NCBI GenBank assembly: GCA_964016885.1
Contig: OZ024741.1
Coordinates: 389,980,001 to 390,044,000, forward strand
Reading direction: 5' to 3'
DNA from: Eledone cirrhosa
Taxonomy: Eukaryota
DNA: 64,000 nt
Of the stretch, positions 1 through 13,220 are shown in pieces; position 1 is the stretch's first letter; every line of letters begins with the position of its first letter. A program made the position numbers and the translations under genes. Below the pieces are notes generated by a model, which was not told where the DNA came from, made no database searches, and saw only the letters and a program-made list of their open reading frames with translations.

Positions 1-134
1 AGTAAAATTAGATTACTGATTGTTTAGTCTGATATAAACATCATCAGCAACAATAGCAACAACCAGAAATATAATAAATTGCCATGTTAACCTGACTCAT
101 TTCTTCTTTAGTCTTGCAGTACTTTTGTTTGTTT

Positions 135-173
<39 letters not shown>

Positions 174-1984
174 ATAAAATCTTTTTGGAGTGCAGCAAAG
201 GTTACATAGTAGTTCATTTTAGAAAACTAGACCTAGCCTGCATATGCTGAATTGGAACTGATAAATAATGTGTTTTTAACTAACTTGAATGAAGATACAT
301 GGCCTAGTGTTGGGCTCACAATCATGGGTTAAATTCCTGGACCAGGTAGTGGTGGCACATTGTGTTCTTGAACTAAATACTTTATTTCATGTTGCTCCTT
401 CTGCTAGGAGTTGCAACTGGCTGATAGTATCAGCAATGGAAAGACTAAGTGAAACATTGTTTTCTTGGTCCCATCTGATGATCAGCTCCTTTCTTTTTTT
501 TCTGCCAGCAGTTGGTAGATAGTATCTGCAATAGAAAAACCAATTGAAACAGTGTTTCCTTGGTCCTATCTGATGATCGGCTCCTTTCCTTTCTTCTGCT
601 AGGAGTTGTGACCAGCAGCTAGCAGATAGTATCTGCTGGTCACAACTACAGGGGAATCTTCTCTTGGAATTTTGGACTTATTCTTAATGGCTTGATAAAG
701 TGAATAAAGTATTATATCCCAAGACACAGTGGAAAATGGACAGCAGATTTGAACACATAACTCATGAGCTGAAGTTGCATTCAAGGCATTATCCACTCAG
801 TCATCTCTAACCTCAACTTCTAAGTAATTAGATAATATATATTTGGTTTGGTGTAAGCTTTAGAACCAGATAACTTCAAATATATCAGCTATTCTGGGTA
901 AAAGATAAATACACAGTAAGAATGGGTCAATCATATTGAAATGACTCACAATTACATTGAAATCGGGTTTAAATTATGGCCTGGTCATGTATCATAGGAT
1001 AGTATTGATAATACACATCAATTTATTTTCAATTGTGATGCAGTTGAAGCTGCTAATGGCTATAAGGACTTCTTAATCAAGCATTATAATATTCAAAGCT
1101 TGTAATTCACACACACACATAGACACATGTATATAAGAAAAATCATCAACGAAAAATAACACAGGAGAACAATACAATACAATACAATTACGATATATTG
1201 ATTTAATGTACAATATAATCTGAAAAGATGTGTTTTATGTGAATGTGTGTTTGTCTTTCTCTGTCTTTTCCTCTCTTATATGTATTATTTATATACATTT
1301 GTGTGAGTGTGTATTTTATCAAGCAGGGGCACATATGTAGCGAAACCTGAAGGAGATATTTTCCCATATTCTCAAATAGACTCATTATCAACACACACTG
1401 ACTTTAACCTCAATCAGACTAACTGAGATACCAGTTTCTTTGTTTGAGCTTGCCATATAAATTTACTGCCTTTGTTTAAGAGGGAATCATCAAAGGCCAC
1501 ATGTTGAATGTTTATGGGCAACCCAATCCTTATAAATACAAGAGATTTTAACCCCAGGATGTGGAGTCTGTTTCTTCATTTTGCCACAGACAGGCAGTTT
1601 GTTTTTCAATCTGTAGCCTCACACTCACACTTGCTAGCCATCTCTTCCAGCTCAATGCTATTGGTGTCAACAAAAAGTTAGTAGAATTCACCACTTTTAA
1701 ATTCTACATTCACACACACAATTAACACACTACAATTTTATGTGTACTTTTCCTCCATTGTTCATTATTGCTTACTGTCCATGATTTGAAAGTATATCAT
1801 GCAACCAATAAAAACATATAAAAATTAATTGTTTCTACTTTAGGCACAAGGCCAGCAATTACCCAGTGCATTACTGGTACTATAAAAATTAATGTCATCT
1901 TGTTCATTTATTTATAAATTCATACCTATGTGATTGGGAAGTATCACATCACAACAACAAGCAACTACATTTACTGGTTTCATC

Positions 1985-2120
1985 AAGCAACAAATCACTC
2001 ATACTCACTGAGACACTTAACTCACTTTCCATAGATTCGACCAACAAACCACTCATACTCACTCGGACACATTTCACTCACTGTCCATGGACTCAACCAA
2101 CAAACCAATCATACTCACTG
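1985..2120. repeat. ~55 bp tandem repeat x2.5
   Basis: CAACAAAYCACTCATACTCACT...CTCACT.TCCAT.GA.TC.AC repeated. Confidence 0.8.
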
Positions 2121-2689
2121 AGTTAAACAATCTTCTTTCAATCTCGCTAAACATATGCAAGGTGATTTCAACTTTTTGCTATATGTGAAGTGAACTTTTT
2201 AAGCCTTCAGTGACACTGTGTCTATAAAAAAATAATTATAATGAAGTAAAAGTAGATATAACAGTGTTAATGTCTCCAATGACTATACTACAATTGTGTT
2301 AGTATCAAATAGTAACTCAATATAAAAAAAACTCTTTGGAGATAGTTCAGCTCTGATGAAGCAGATCTATGTTCATAGTCGTTCCATCTGTGACTTCACC
2401 TCTACCCTGGGTGGGTGGGGTGCACTGAATTGCATTTGCTCCACTAGTTTTCAATGGTGTGCCCTCAGATTTAGAAAATAGAGTTTATAAAAAAATGACC
2501 CGAAATATGCTCCTTAAAGTTTTGTCTTTACTAACTTTTCTTTCAAAACGAGAACAAAAACAAATTTCAAACAAAAGTTAACCAAACAAGCTGGAATTAG
2601 AGTGCCAACCCAAAATGTTCTGTGATTGCAGCTATTTTACTCCGTCTATTCACTTTAGAATTTTCTGTAATAATAAAAATGGAAAGGAT

Positions 2690-3165
2690 ATGGAAGTCAG
2701 ATCTACCCAGAAAAATCAAAATATTCTTCAGAACATCTGTTGAGCCATTGTTGTTATAAAGATCAGGTACATGGACCCTGACACAAGCACTTGAAAAGCA
2801 GCTAGGTGCATACATTAAAACACATCCTAAAAGGCTTTGGGTTGTACAAAACATAAGCTGGCATCAACATATTTCAAATGAAAGTTTATACAGAAACTTG
2901 CCTAAGATAGCAACTACAATTGCTGAAAGACAGTTGTGACTTGCAGGACATTGCTGGAGCAGTAAACAAGAAGTTATATACAAGCTATTGTTGTGACAAC
3001 CATCTCATGGGAGACACAGTAGAGGAAGATCTACTTGGGCCTTCATCAATCAACTCTCAGATGATATTAACTTCAGTAGGGAACAGTTGCCAGGAGCAAT
3101 GGAAAATCATGAATTGTTGAGAGACTTTGTCAAGAATGTTTGACTATGGTTGTAATGATGATGAT
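2690..3165 (+). mobile_element. Short LINE 3' fragment family (related minus copies ~36910-37390 and ~61525-61740)
   Basis: Shared AAATATTCTTCAGAACATCTGTTG, CAGGTACATGGACCCT, CTTGCAGGACATTGCTGGAG, GAGACACAGTAGAGGAAGATCTAC; GAT tail. Confidence 0.7.
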
Positions 3166-4447
3166 CCACTTTACATTATTCCTAGTACCCCTAAAAAAGG
3201 TATGAAAAGTCACATCCTCCTCCTCCAGTTATCTTAGACTTCCTGCTAACACAAAAAAATCAATAGTTAGAAGGAACCCTATGAGAGAGAGTGGCTGATG
3301 TAGTAGATGTTGCTCGCTGTTTTCTGCAGCAGTGCTTTTGCCATTTTGTCTGTGGGGCACTGCTATGAAATATCATAAATTATATAGAATTAAAAAAATA
3401 TATATCATGTTATTAGTTGTTTGATTATTTTGCATGTGAAGGCATATGGCCTAGTAGTTAGGGTACTGAAGTCATGATCGTTTCTCAAACCAGGTTTTGT
3501 GCTGTGTTCTTGAGCAAAATACTTTATTTTGTGTTGCTCTTCTTGCCAGGATTTATGGTCAGCAGATAGTGTCATAAATGGAACATCTAATGAAAACATT
3601 GTTTCCTTTGTTCAATCTAACTGTTGGCTCTTTTTGAAGATTAAATCTTTTAATATTTCCAGGTATATTAAAAGGCCCATGGCCTCGTGATTAGGGTGTT
3701 AGACTAATGATCATGGTGATAAAGCATCACCTGCTCCAGGCAGGTGGTGCTTTATCTTCTTCAGCAAAACACTTAATTTTATGTTGTTTCAGCTGAAAAT
3801 AAGCAACAGCAGTAGCTGGAGGTTAACCCTGTGATAAATTGGAGGAAGTCTTATACTCTCAGTCACTTAACACCAATGAAACTGGGACAAGCAGTGACCT
3901 GATGAGCCTGAAGACACGGAACAGATTAAGTTAATATCAAAAACCTCTACAAATTTTACTGGATTAATCATCATCATCATTTAACATTCGTTGTTCTATG
4001 CTTACATAGGTTGGACAGGTCCTTCTCAGTGCAGCATCTCTCTACTTTTCACATTGCTTTGTCATATCCTCCATGAGCTTTAACAATCTGAGATCAGCTC
4101 TCACCACTTATATCCAGATCTTCCTTGGTCTTCCTCTAGTGCAGTTTCCTTCCACTAGGATTATTTGGCACTTCTTCACCCAGCGATCATCATCATCCAT
4201 GTGCATGACATGTAAAATAAGTGATAAATGAAAATACCAAAAGTTTTATACACTTAAAAATGTAATATGGTGTAGCAGATAGTCTGTTGATTATTTTAGA
4301 AGATAAAAAGGTGTGTGGTGGTGGTGTTGGCAGTTTGGGTTGGTGGTGCAGATTGTTGCAGAGGCTCCCTCATTGGCCTCTTGGTTAAGAAGGTAGGCTA
4401 AGGACAGTGTTGTCATTTTAAAGGGACAATTTCTCAACTATATCCTT

Positions 4448-4517
<70 letters not shown>

Positions 4518-4994
4518 TCCTCCTCTCTCCCTCTCTCCCTAGCCATAACCTTTGTGGTTTGATTTGTATTATTGAAGCATGTGAACACAATATATCATTA
4601 CATTGATGGCCACCTTTACTACATATTCACACACAGACACACACATACGCACACACACTGAAATGTTGATACATGCATGCACGCATGCACACACACACAC
4701 TGAGATGTTGATACTCACACATACACACACGCTCACACACAGTGTAATGCTGATACACACACACACTGAGATGTTGATAGTCTCACACACACCCAGTGAA
4801 ATGTTGCTACTCTCACATAAACATATCCTCCCACTGACACCCAGTGAAATATTGTTGCTACTCTGCTGGGATTCAAGATGGTTATTAACTACAATTCATC
4901 AATCATGTGTCAAGAGGGTTGTTGAGTTGTGGCCAAATTCTCCCTTGAGCCAAGCTGGATAAGATGACCTCCCACCCCTAACACAGAGAAGTGA

Positions 4995-5340
4995 GGGGGG
5001 GGGTAACTAGTGGTGAAGGAGGAGTGGGGTTAAATGGTGGTGGTGAAGGGGGAGTGGGGTTAAATGGTGGTGGTGAAGAAGGAGTGGGGTTAGATGGTGG
5101 GGGGGTTTAACTGGTGGTGGTGTTGAGGAGGGGGGTTAACTGGCGGTGGTGAAGGCGGAGTGGGGTTAACTGGTGGTGACGGTGGTGAAGGAGGAGTGGG
5201 GTTAAATGGTGGTGGTGGTGGTGAAGGGGGAGTAGGGGAGTGGGGTTAACTGGTGGTGGCGGTGGTGAAGGAGGAGGGGTTAACTGGTGGTGGTGGTGGA
5301 GGAGTGGAGTTAACTGCTGGTGGTAGTGGTAGCAGTGAAG
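4995..5340. repeat. G-rich minisatellite (GGTGGTGAAGGAGGAGTGGGGTTAAMT)n
   Basis: About ten degenerate units. Confidence 0.9.
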
Positions 5341-5691
5341 AAGGAGGCGATGATTCTGGTGATCAGAGGTGTAGTGTAGGTGGTGGCGGTGATGGTTGTG
5401 GTGGTCATAGTGTTGGTGGGGGGAGGAGAGGGGGAGGGGGCTGACGATAGTTGTGGTGAAGGTCGTGCTGTTACTGTTTTAATTACAAGCAAAGTAGGGG
5501 AGATTGCTGCTATTTTACTCCTATCCACTTTACATTGTTGCTAGTACCCTTAAGACAGGGATGAAAAGTTTCCTCCTCCTCCAGATATCTTAGACTTCCA
5601 GCCAACAGCAAACAAATCAATAGTTGAAGTGAGAGGCTGGGGCAGAGGGAGGTTATGTCACTCAATTATTACTTCTTCCTTTTCATACACA

Positions 5692-5756
<65 letters not shown>

Positions 5757-6306
5757 GCATCTTTCTGTTATACACACATACATATGCATTTATATGTGTG
5801 TGTAGAGAGAGAGACATACACCCAGACTCATATACACTAACATACATATCCACTACTTGTACAAACACACAAACACAAAACATTTGAAAACTGCATTTGG
5901 AAAAAGATATTGCTTTATATAAGGAAGGCTGAACTCCTCAGAGTCAATGACCATACACCCCAACTATGGGTGAAATAGCCTCACCAACCCACAATTGGCC
6001 AAGCGGGGTGAGTATGGCCACATCCCTGAAGACATGACCAAAACCAAACAAAACAGTGGCAGTTAACTAAGGAGGCGTTCCTCCAACAGGAGTGAAATAG
6101 CCCTGGATTGGATATGTTGCTTTATATAAGTGAAGTAGTGACTGGGTAAGATATTGGACTACTAACTCACAGGTAGTGAGTTCAACTCCTATTCCTGGTT
6201 ATTGTTGTGTTTTTGTTTGTTTTTTTCGTTTGTTTTTGTGAGGTAAATATTGCCTTATTTCATTCACTTGGGAAAATATGTAACAGACTTTTTCTAGGTA
6301 ATTCCC

Positions 6307-6482
6307 AATGATTGTCATCGTTAGCAGTGGTCAAGCAAGCCTACAATCTCAATGATTGTCATCGTTAGCAGTGGTCAAGCAAGCCTACAATCTCAATGAT
6401 TGTCATCGTTAGCCGTGGTCAAGCAAGCCTACAATCTCAATGATTGTCATCGTTAGCAGTGGTCAAGCAAGCCTACAATCTC
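6307..6482. repeat. 44 bp minisatellite x4
   Basis: AATGATTGTCATCGTTAGCAGTGGTCAAGCAAGCCTACAATCTC at 6307, 6351, 6395, 6439. Confidence 0.95.
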
Positions 6483-6936
6483 AAAAGCATTCCTTGTGAT
6501 CAGATCATTTGTTAAGCAAAGACTACATTGTATATCAAATATGACCTATTTTTTAAATAATTGTAGAGTGTGATTTGAGAGAGGAATTTAGCTGCTGTTT
6601 CTATTAGACTGTGCTAGAGCAGTGGTGGAAGTGACCATGGTGGTGATGGTGATGATGGTGATGGTGGTCGTGATGATGATATTAATGATGGTGGTGATTA
6701 TGGAGATATTAATGATGGTGGTGATATTAGTGGTGGGATGGGAGTGATGGTGGGGGTAGCGGTGATGATGATGATAGTGGCAATAGTGGTCATGATGGTG
6801 ATCACAAAGAAGTATGACTCAGCCATCATCATTCATCAAAATTAGAAAATTTGATTTAAAAAATCCTTTATAACCATTGTAGCTGCTCAAGTATTATATT
6901 TTAATTCAATCAAATATTTTTCTTCTTCCTTCTCAG

Positions 6937-7111
6937 CATCAATCATTGATTCGTCACAATGAAGCTTGGAAGAACAGTTTGCGCTATCGTCAACCAGATT
7001 TAGAATGTATGACTGGATTACGTCGGATCACAGTGAACAACAACCCACTGATTGGGGATCATGGGGCTATGCTACTTGCTGAAGCTTTACGAGATGATCT
7101 CTGGCTGAAAG
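6937..7111 (+). CDS. CEP78: CEP78-like internal exon A (LRR region)
   Basis: Pyrimidine tract + CAG acceptor (6934-6936), donor G|GTAACT. Encodes HQSLIRHNEAWKNSLRYRQPDLECMTGLRRITVNNNPLIGDHGAMLLAEALRDDLWLK, matching my recollection of vertebrate CEP78 ([28 protein letters not shown]...DLWLR). Ends phase 1. Confidence 0.93.
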
Positions 7112-7124
7112 GTAACTATTTTGT

Positions 7125-7410
7125 TAATAAAGTCAACATTCTGTGGCAAAGTCACACTTCCAACAAAGTTCTTTATGGTGATCTGCAACATGTTTCATCA
7201 AACGTTCGATCCCTTTGCTTGGCTCTTGCTGGTCATGTTTCCCACGATGATGAACCTGCAGGGAAACTGCTTCTCTGGGCACCAGATGCAAAGCGCCTAG
7301 TAGGACGTCCAAACATGACCATTAAGACTCTGTTGGCAAGGGACACTGGCAGGGTCTTTTTGCTGCGATGAGAAATCGGGAAATCTGAAACAAGAACTTT
7401 GTGCATGCTT
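7125..7410 (+). mobile_element. RTE-like C-terminal fragment directly after exon A donor
   Basis: NILWQSHTSNKVLYGDL...LALAGHV...LLLWAP...GRPNMT parallels the C-terminus of the LINE family at 31.5 and 47.9 kb (NSELYGSL...LRLAGHAHRH...LMWEP...RLTYVD). Confidence 0.75.
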
Positions 7411-9884
7411 CACTTCCAATGGAGGGATAACTCAAGAAGAAGAACATATTTCTCAAGAAAACCATTGCCTTTTATTTTCAAAAGATTTTGAAAATAATCA
7501 AGAATTTTCAAAGATTTAGTATTATAACTAACTTTCTCCTGTTCATTATTTTCATGAACAGGATTGACATCTGCAGCCAGGTTGGAGGTGGTATCATGAC
7601 TGGCAGGTGTAAAATCAGCCATCTGGAATTTGGGGACAGAAGGTGATCTCCGACTTGCATTTGATAGGTTTGATTCTGAGTGCTGTATGGCTGAAATGAA
7701 AATCAATTACCTATCAACTCTGGCATCTTGTTTTCACAAAGGTTACTAGGTGCATTTAGTAGAGCCCACTGTGTTACAAGTGAAAGTGCTTATATTTATT
7801 TTTAAAAAAACCTTCCATCATATTTAGAATTTGGTTTTTTCCTCTAACATAGCAGATTCGAAAATTGTTTGTGAGTTTTATATCAAATAATAATAATATT
7901 TGATTCATTTGCAAGCAAACAGCCTCATTACAGTATGTTTTTTAGATGACCATCACTATCATTTTGTTCTAGCAGTGGCACAGAGAAACAACTGACAATA
8001 TTGTTTCTGAGTTATTGTCTTTTGTCAAGATTGTGTATCTCTTTTCTGTCACTGACTAGAACTTCCACCATAATTCTATGTCAAAACCTTTGTTAAGTTA
8101 TGCTGTAAATACCAGCTTAATAATGAGCTTAGTCATAAAGTGTTGGGCTTGCAATTGTGAGGTTGTGAGTTCGATTCCTCGCCAGGGTGGTATGTTGTGT
8201 CTTTGAGTAAGACACTTTATTTCTCGTTGTTCCATTTCACTCAGCTGTAGAACTGAGTTACATCACTGGTGCCAAGCTGTATTGGCCTTTGCCATTCTCT
8301 TAGACAACATCACTGGTGTCGAGAAGGGAGACTGGTAAAACAAATTTTGTGCCTTGGAGAGGAACTTTCTAGGCGCAAATCCAATGGTCATTCATGACCA
8401 AAGGGGGTCTTTACTTTCTTTATATATATATTTCTTTAACTTATTACTGGTTTCAGTCATTGGACTGCAACCATGCTGGGGTTTAAATGAAAGGTTTTAA
8501 TCAATCATGTTAACTCTAATACTTTGTCTATATATTTATTCATTTACTGGTTTAAATCATTAGATCTTTATTGAATGGTTATGTTTTTATTTTTTATAGT
8601 GTAAATGTACATAGCATGATGCATTATTTTACACCATTATACACACACATTTACAAATATATTAGGGTTTTTCATAAGGTTTCCGTCTAGCAAACTCTAC
8701 TGACAAAATATTGATTAAAGTGAGACTACTGTAGAAGACATTTTTCTTAGGTAATGTGTTGTGAGATCAAACCAGGAACAATACATTTGTGAAACAAACA
8801 TCTGAAATATATATGAAATTTTCATGTCTAATGGTAATTTTTTTTTTAATGAGTAAGATTATGCTAAGGGCCAACTACTGTATAATGAGGTAAGTCAGGT
8901 GCACATTTGCTGTTAGATTAGTGAAAGAGGATAAACAATGAATTTAACCCTTTTCATACCAAAATGCCTGAAACCGCCATATGTTCTACAATGCAAAAGC
9001 GTTTATTTTGAAGTGTTTATCATCATAATCATATCCGTTTTTCCCTATTAGTAAGAGCTGGATGGGCCGGCATCTATATTACATAATGTCCCATGCTCTA
9101 TTAGCACTAGTGAAATTGTTGTATCTTTGAGACAACTGAAGGATCCTCCCAACCTTTTTTATGTGTTGTGCTTTCCATAATTTTGGCAGTTTTCTTTATT
9201 TGGCTAAATGCCCTTCCTATCACCAACCACTTTACAGCAGGATTGGGTGCCTTATTCATGCCACCAGCACTAGAGAGGTTGTCTTACTGAACTCAAGAGA
9301 CCTCTCCACCCTATATCAGTTTTTATTTGGAATGTCTACTCCCCTAGACAGGTTGCCTTCACTATGGCTTATGGAGTCCACATCTGCCCCTATTGCATCA
9401 TAAATTCAATTTTTATTAAATTATGTTCCAAACACCAGATGTTTGATTATTTTAGTAAATCCATAATTGTGAGAAAGTCAATTATTTTAGTAAATCCCTC
9501 CAAATTCTAGATTATTTTCAAATTTATTTGAAAATCATCAGCAGTGTTTTTCATCAGAAATACAATAACAAAAGTATTTTTCTAAAGGACAAAAACACAT
9601 TCCAATTGCGCAGTTTATCTCTTGCCTCAGAAAGCTGCAGTCAATAGTAGTACCATGGTTGATAAGCAGTGAATACATTTTTAGTTAATTGCGGACAGTT
9701 CTGTTTAATCAAATGAAGCTTTGTGCTGTACTATTTATGATGTGAAAAGGAAGTTATTCTTAGCTATATATATATATATATATTTATATATGTGTGTGTG
9801 TACATATATATGTGAGTGTGTGTACATATATATATATGTGTGTGTGTACATATATATGTGAGTGTGTGTACATATATATACATA

Positions 9885-10658
9885 TTAGGAAAAGCAGCCA
9901 GGCCATCAGGAATATTTGCTGAGATGCTGAAAACATCTAGGATGATAAGGCACACTCTAACCACCCTTGTCATAAACCAAATAATACAGAATGGTGTCAT
10001 ACCCAATGATTGGCATAGCAGCATCATTGTCAACTGTTAGATGGAAAAAGGAGTCGCCCTAGAGAGAAGTATCTACTGAGGCATCAAGCTGATTGACCAG
10101 GTTATGAATGTTACAGAAAGAGTCATCACACAATTGATTAGAGATCGTATACACCTAGATGAGATGCAGATGTTTTGTGCTGAGAAAAAGCACCACTGGT
10201 TACCTCCTCCTTGTGAAGCAAATGCAGAAGTACTTGGCTAGAAGCAAGCCACTCTACTTAGCATTTGTGGACCTACAGAAAACATTTGACAGAGTTCCTT
10301 GCTCCACAATCTGGTGGACCCTCAGAAACTAGGGGTAGATGAGTGGCTCATAAGGTCAGTACAAGCCATGTGCAGAGGGACCACCACTAAAGTCAAAATT
10401 AACAATGAGAATAGTGAGGAATTCAGTATAAAAGTTGGGGTCCACCTGGGCTCCGTTCTTAGCCTCATAACAGGACCACCAACTTCTGTGGTTCCACTAT
10501 GAGCAGGGTATGGCCCTGTAAACATGGTTGGCCAAAATGCAGCTCCATTTGAGCAAGGTACAGCACGATCAACTAGCCAGACTTGCCTCATAACGTGGAC
10601 GACCCATCTGACCAATGCAAGCAAGGAAAATAAGACATTAAACGGGGATGATGATATA
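9885..10658 (+). mobile_element. Degenerate RTE RT fragment with internal deletion and GAT tail
   Basis: GKAARPSGIFAEMLK, IPNDWHSSIIVNC, IKVGVHLGSVLS, then UTR ending ACATTAAACGGGGATGATGAT. Confidence 0.85.
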
Positions 10659-10867
10659 TATTCCATTCCCTGTTCATGTGATATGTCCTATTTACTGCAA
10701 ATTAGTTATAAATGTATTATAGATTATTTCACAAGTGGACATGAAATTGATTAATTAATATATAATTAATTGTGTAATTACTATGTTTTCTATGTAGATA
10801 CATGAATATACTATAACTGTATAATTTGCATGTATATGCATGCATATGTAACGTTGCTACATATATA

Positions 10868-12195
10868 TCATCATCATCATCGTTTAACATCAATTTTCCA
10901 TCCTTGCATGGGTTAGACAAGTCCTACATGTCATGAGACAAATCTGGCCAGTTGGCTGTGCCATACCTTGCTCAGACGAAACTATAAATTTGGCTAGGAT
11001 TTTTGCAGCTGGATGTCTATCCTAACAACAACCACATTTATAGTGTGGGACTGAATCGCACCATTATGAGGAGGGATGGCCAGTTGGCCGCACCATACCC
11101 TGCTCACAGCAGAACCATAGTTAGGGAACTGGGTGGTCTAAGACCAAAATCCTAGTGAGTAGAAAAGAAAACAGGGTTATGATCCCCTTGGGGAAATGGC
11201 CCTGCTTGGTATGCAGAAAAGGAGTAGGCAGAAACTCAATCCAGTGTCCCAAATGTAAACTGAAGGTACACAAAAGGTGGAGAGGGAAAACACAAAGGCT
11301 AGCATAAAACAGATTTCATATATGAACGCTGCACAGAAGCAATAAGCAAAGACCCTCAGGAAGCAAGCTACTTCATTTGCACAGAGGACCCCATAGGATT
11401 AGTTGATAGCTTCTGCTACCTGGGTAACCAAATCAGCAGCAAAGGAGGATGTGCAGAAAGAACAGTTGCCAGAGTAAGAATGGGATGGAAAAAGTTCAAG
11501 AAGCTGCTGCTGTTGCTAGCTACAAAAGGTGAAAGGCAAGTTGTATAATGCCTGTATGCACACAGCAATGCTAGATGGAAGTGAAACATAGGCATTTCGT
11601 GCTGGGGACCAACAGAGATTGGAAAAAAATGAAGCCTGCATGCTCAGATGGTTGTGTAATGGCAAAGTGTAAATGAATTGAGAGCGAAACTGGGCATAAG
11701 AGGGATCAAATGCTGTGGGCAGGAGAGAAGACTGCAGTAGTACGGATATGTGATGCGTATGAAAGATGAAAGCTTAAAAAAATGGTGCAGGGTGTTTGAA
11801 GTTGTAGGACACTTCGAAAGAGAAACATCCAGGAAGAGGTGGGAAGAAACGATAAAGGGTAACCTGGCTTAGCTTAACCTCTCAATGGAGATGACATAGG
11901 ACCAAGACCTCTGGCACTACAATGTTCAACAAAATACCCATGTCAACAACCCAGCCCCGGACCTTGCTCATAACGGTGCCACCCAGCTCCACACTGTAAA
12001 CATGGTTGACAGTGGGATCACCCAGTAACATGGCTCCTTTACAAGTAAGGTTTGGCGTGGCCAACTGGTCCAAACCTCCATCATAGTGGGTCCAGCCAGC
12101 TCCCAAATTATGGTTCTCATGTGGCCAGAATACGGCACAGTCAACTGGCCAGATCCTCCTCATAACAACTTCACCAGGGCCCCACTATGGGTAAG
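10868..12195. mobile_element. Rearranged RTE copy (minus-strand 3' end joined to plus-strand PHD/C-terminus/UTR)
   Basis: (CAT)n tail and UTR on minus 10868-~11125; plus-strand WPCLVCRKGVGRNSIQCPKC, VDSFCYLG, GWKKFK to ~11935, then UTR repeats. Confidence 0.75.
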
Positions 12196-12700
12196 ACTTG
12201 GTACATATTTACACACTCACACATATATTATTGATAAATATGAATGCAATTTGTATTCTCAGATGACAGCCTACAAAATATTTTAATTTTGTTTGGAAGA
12301 GTGTAAATAAAAGCACGGAGCAATTATTGAATGCTAAAGATTGATATTTCTATTATTTTATTTTTTATATGTGGGTGTGCATGCTGGTGTTTTGTGTTTT
12401 TTTATGAAGGTGTGTATATTTACCTATTTGTCTATTTTCAATTCTATATTACTTGTCTACCAATCCTTTGTGTGTGTGTATACCTATCTACATTTATGGG
12501 GGGGGGGGGGGGAATAGTGGCCAAGAAAATCAGAGTTCGGGTGGGGATAGCGGAAAGTAAGGTGTGTGTGAATGTGGGGATGTAAGTATGATAGTCTGGA
12601 AGAAAGCGAGTGTATGTGAATGTGGGTTTTGAAAAGACATTGTGTATGTGTTGGGTGGGGGAGTATATGTCTGTGTATGTTTAGTCCCTGTATGGGTGTT

Positions 12701-12745
<45 letters not shown>

Positions 12746-13220
12746 ATGGAGGGGGCCGGATGGGATGAGAACATGTCAAATCCGGAGGCGATGTGGGGCG
12801 AAGTGTGGGTGTATGTGTAGATGTGTGTGTGTATGGTTAAAAGAAGTGCATGTGTGGTATGTCTATGGGTGATGTGGGTTAGTGTAAGATGCATAGTTGT
12901 GTGTGTGTGGAAATGGTGGAAATGGTGGAAATGGTGGAAATGACTATGTGTATCTCTGTTTCTGTATGGTGTTGGTGTGTGTGTATGTGGATGGTAAAAA
13001 TCTGAGGGTAGAGGAGAGATAAAGTCCAAGTCAGAAAAATGGCGATGAGGAAGTGAAATGGCAGTGTGGCATGCGCAACCAGATACACACATATAGATAT
13101 ACACATATACTATGTTAAGGTATCGATACATATTAAATACATGATGATCATGTTTCTCAATAAAAAAGCTCTAAAAGATATATGGAGAGAAAAAGACATA
13201 TATCTTTTAAACTTGTGTAT

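Noticed and set aside
6307-6482. CRISPR-like regular repeat
   Set aside because: Units are contiguous with no unique spacers; eukaryotic minisatellite.
7410-7706. 98 aa minus-strand ORF
   Set aside because: No recognisable motif or splice support.
12331-13131. His/Thr- and Cys/Val-rich ORFs (also ~4600, 5250, 37750, 48900-49880)
   Set aside because: Translations of simple repeats.
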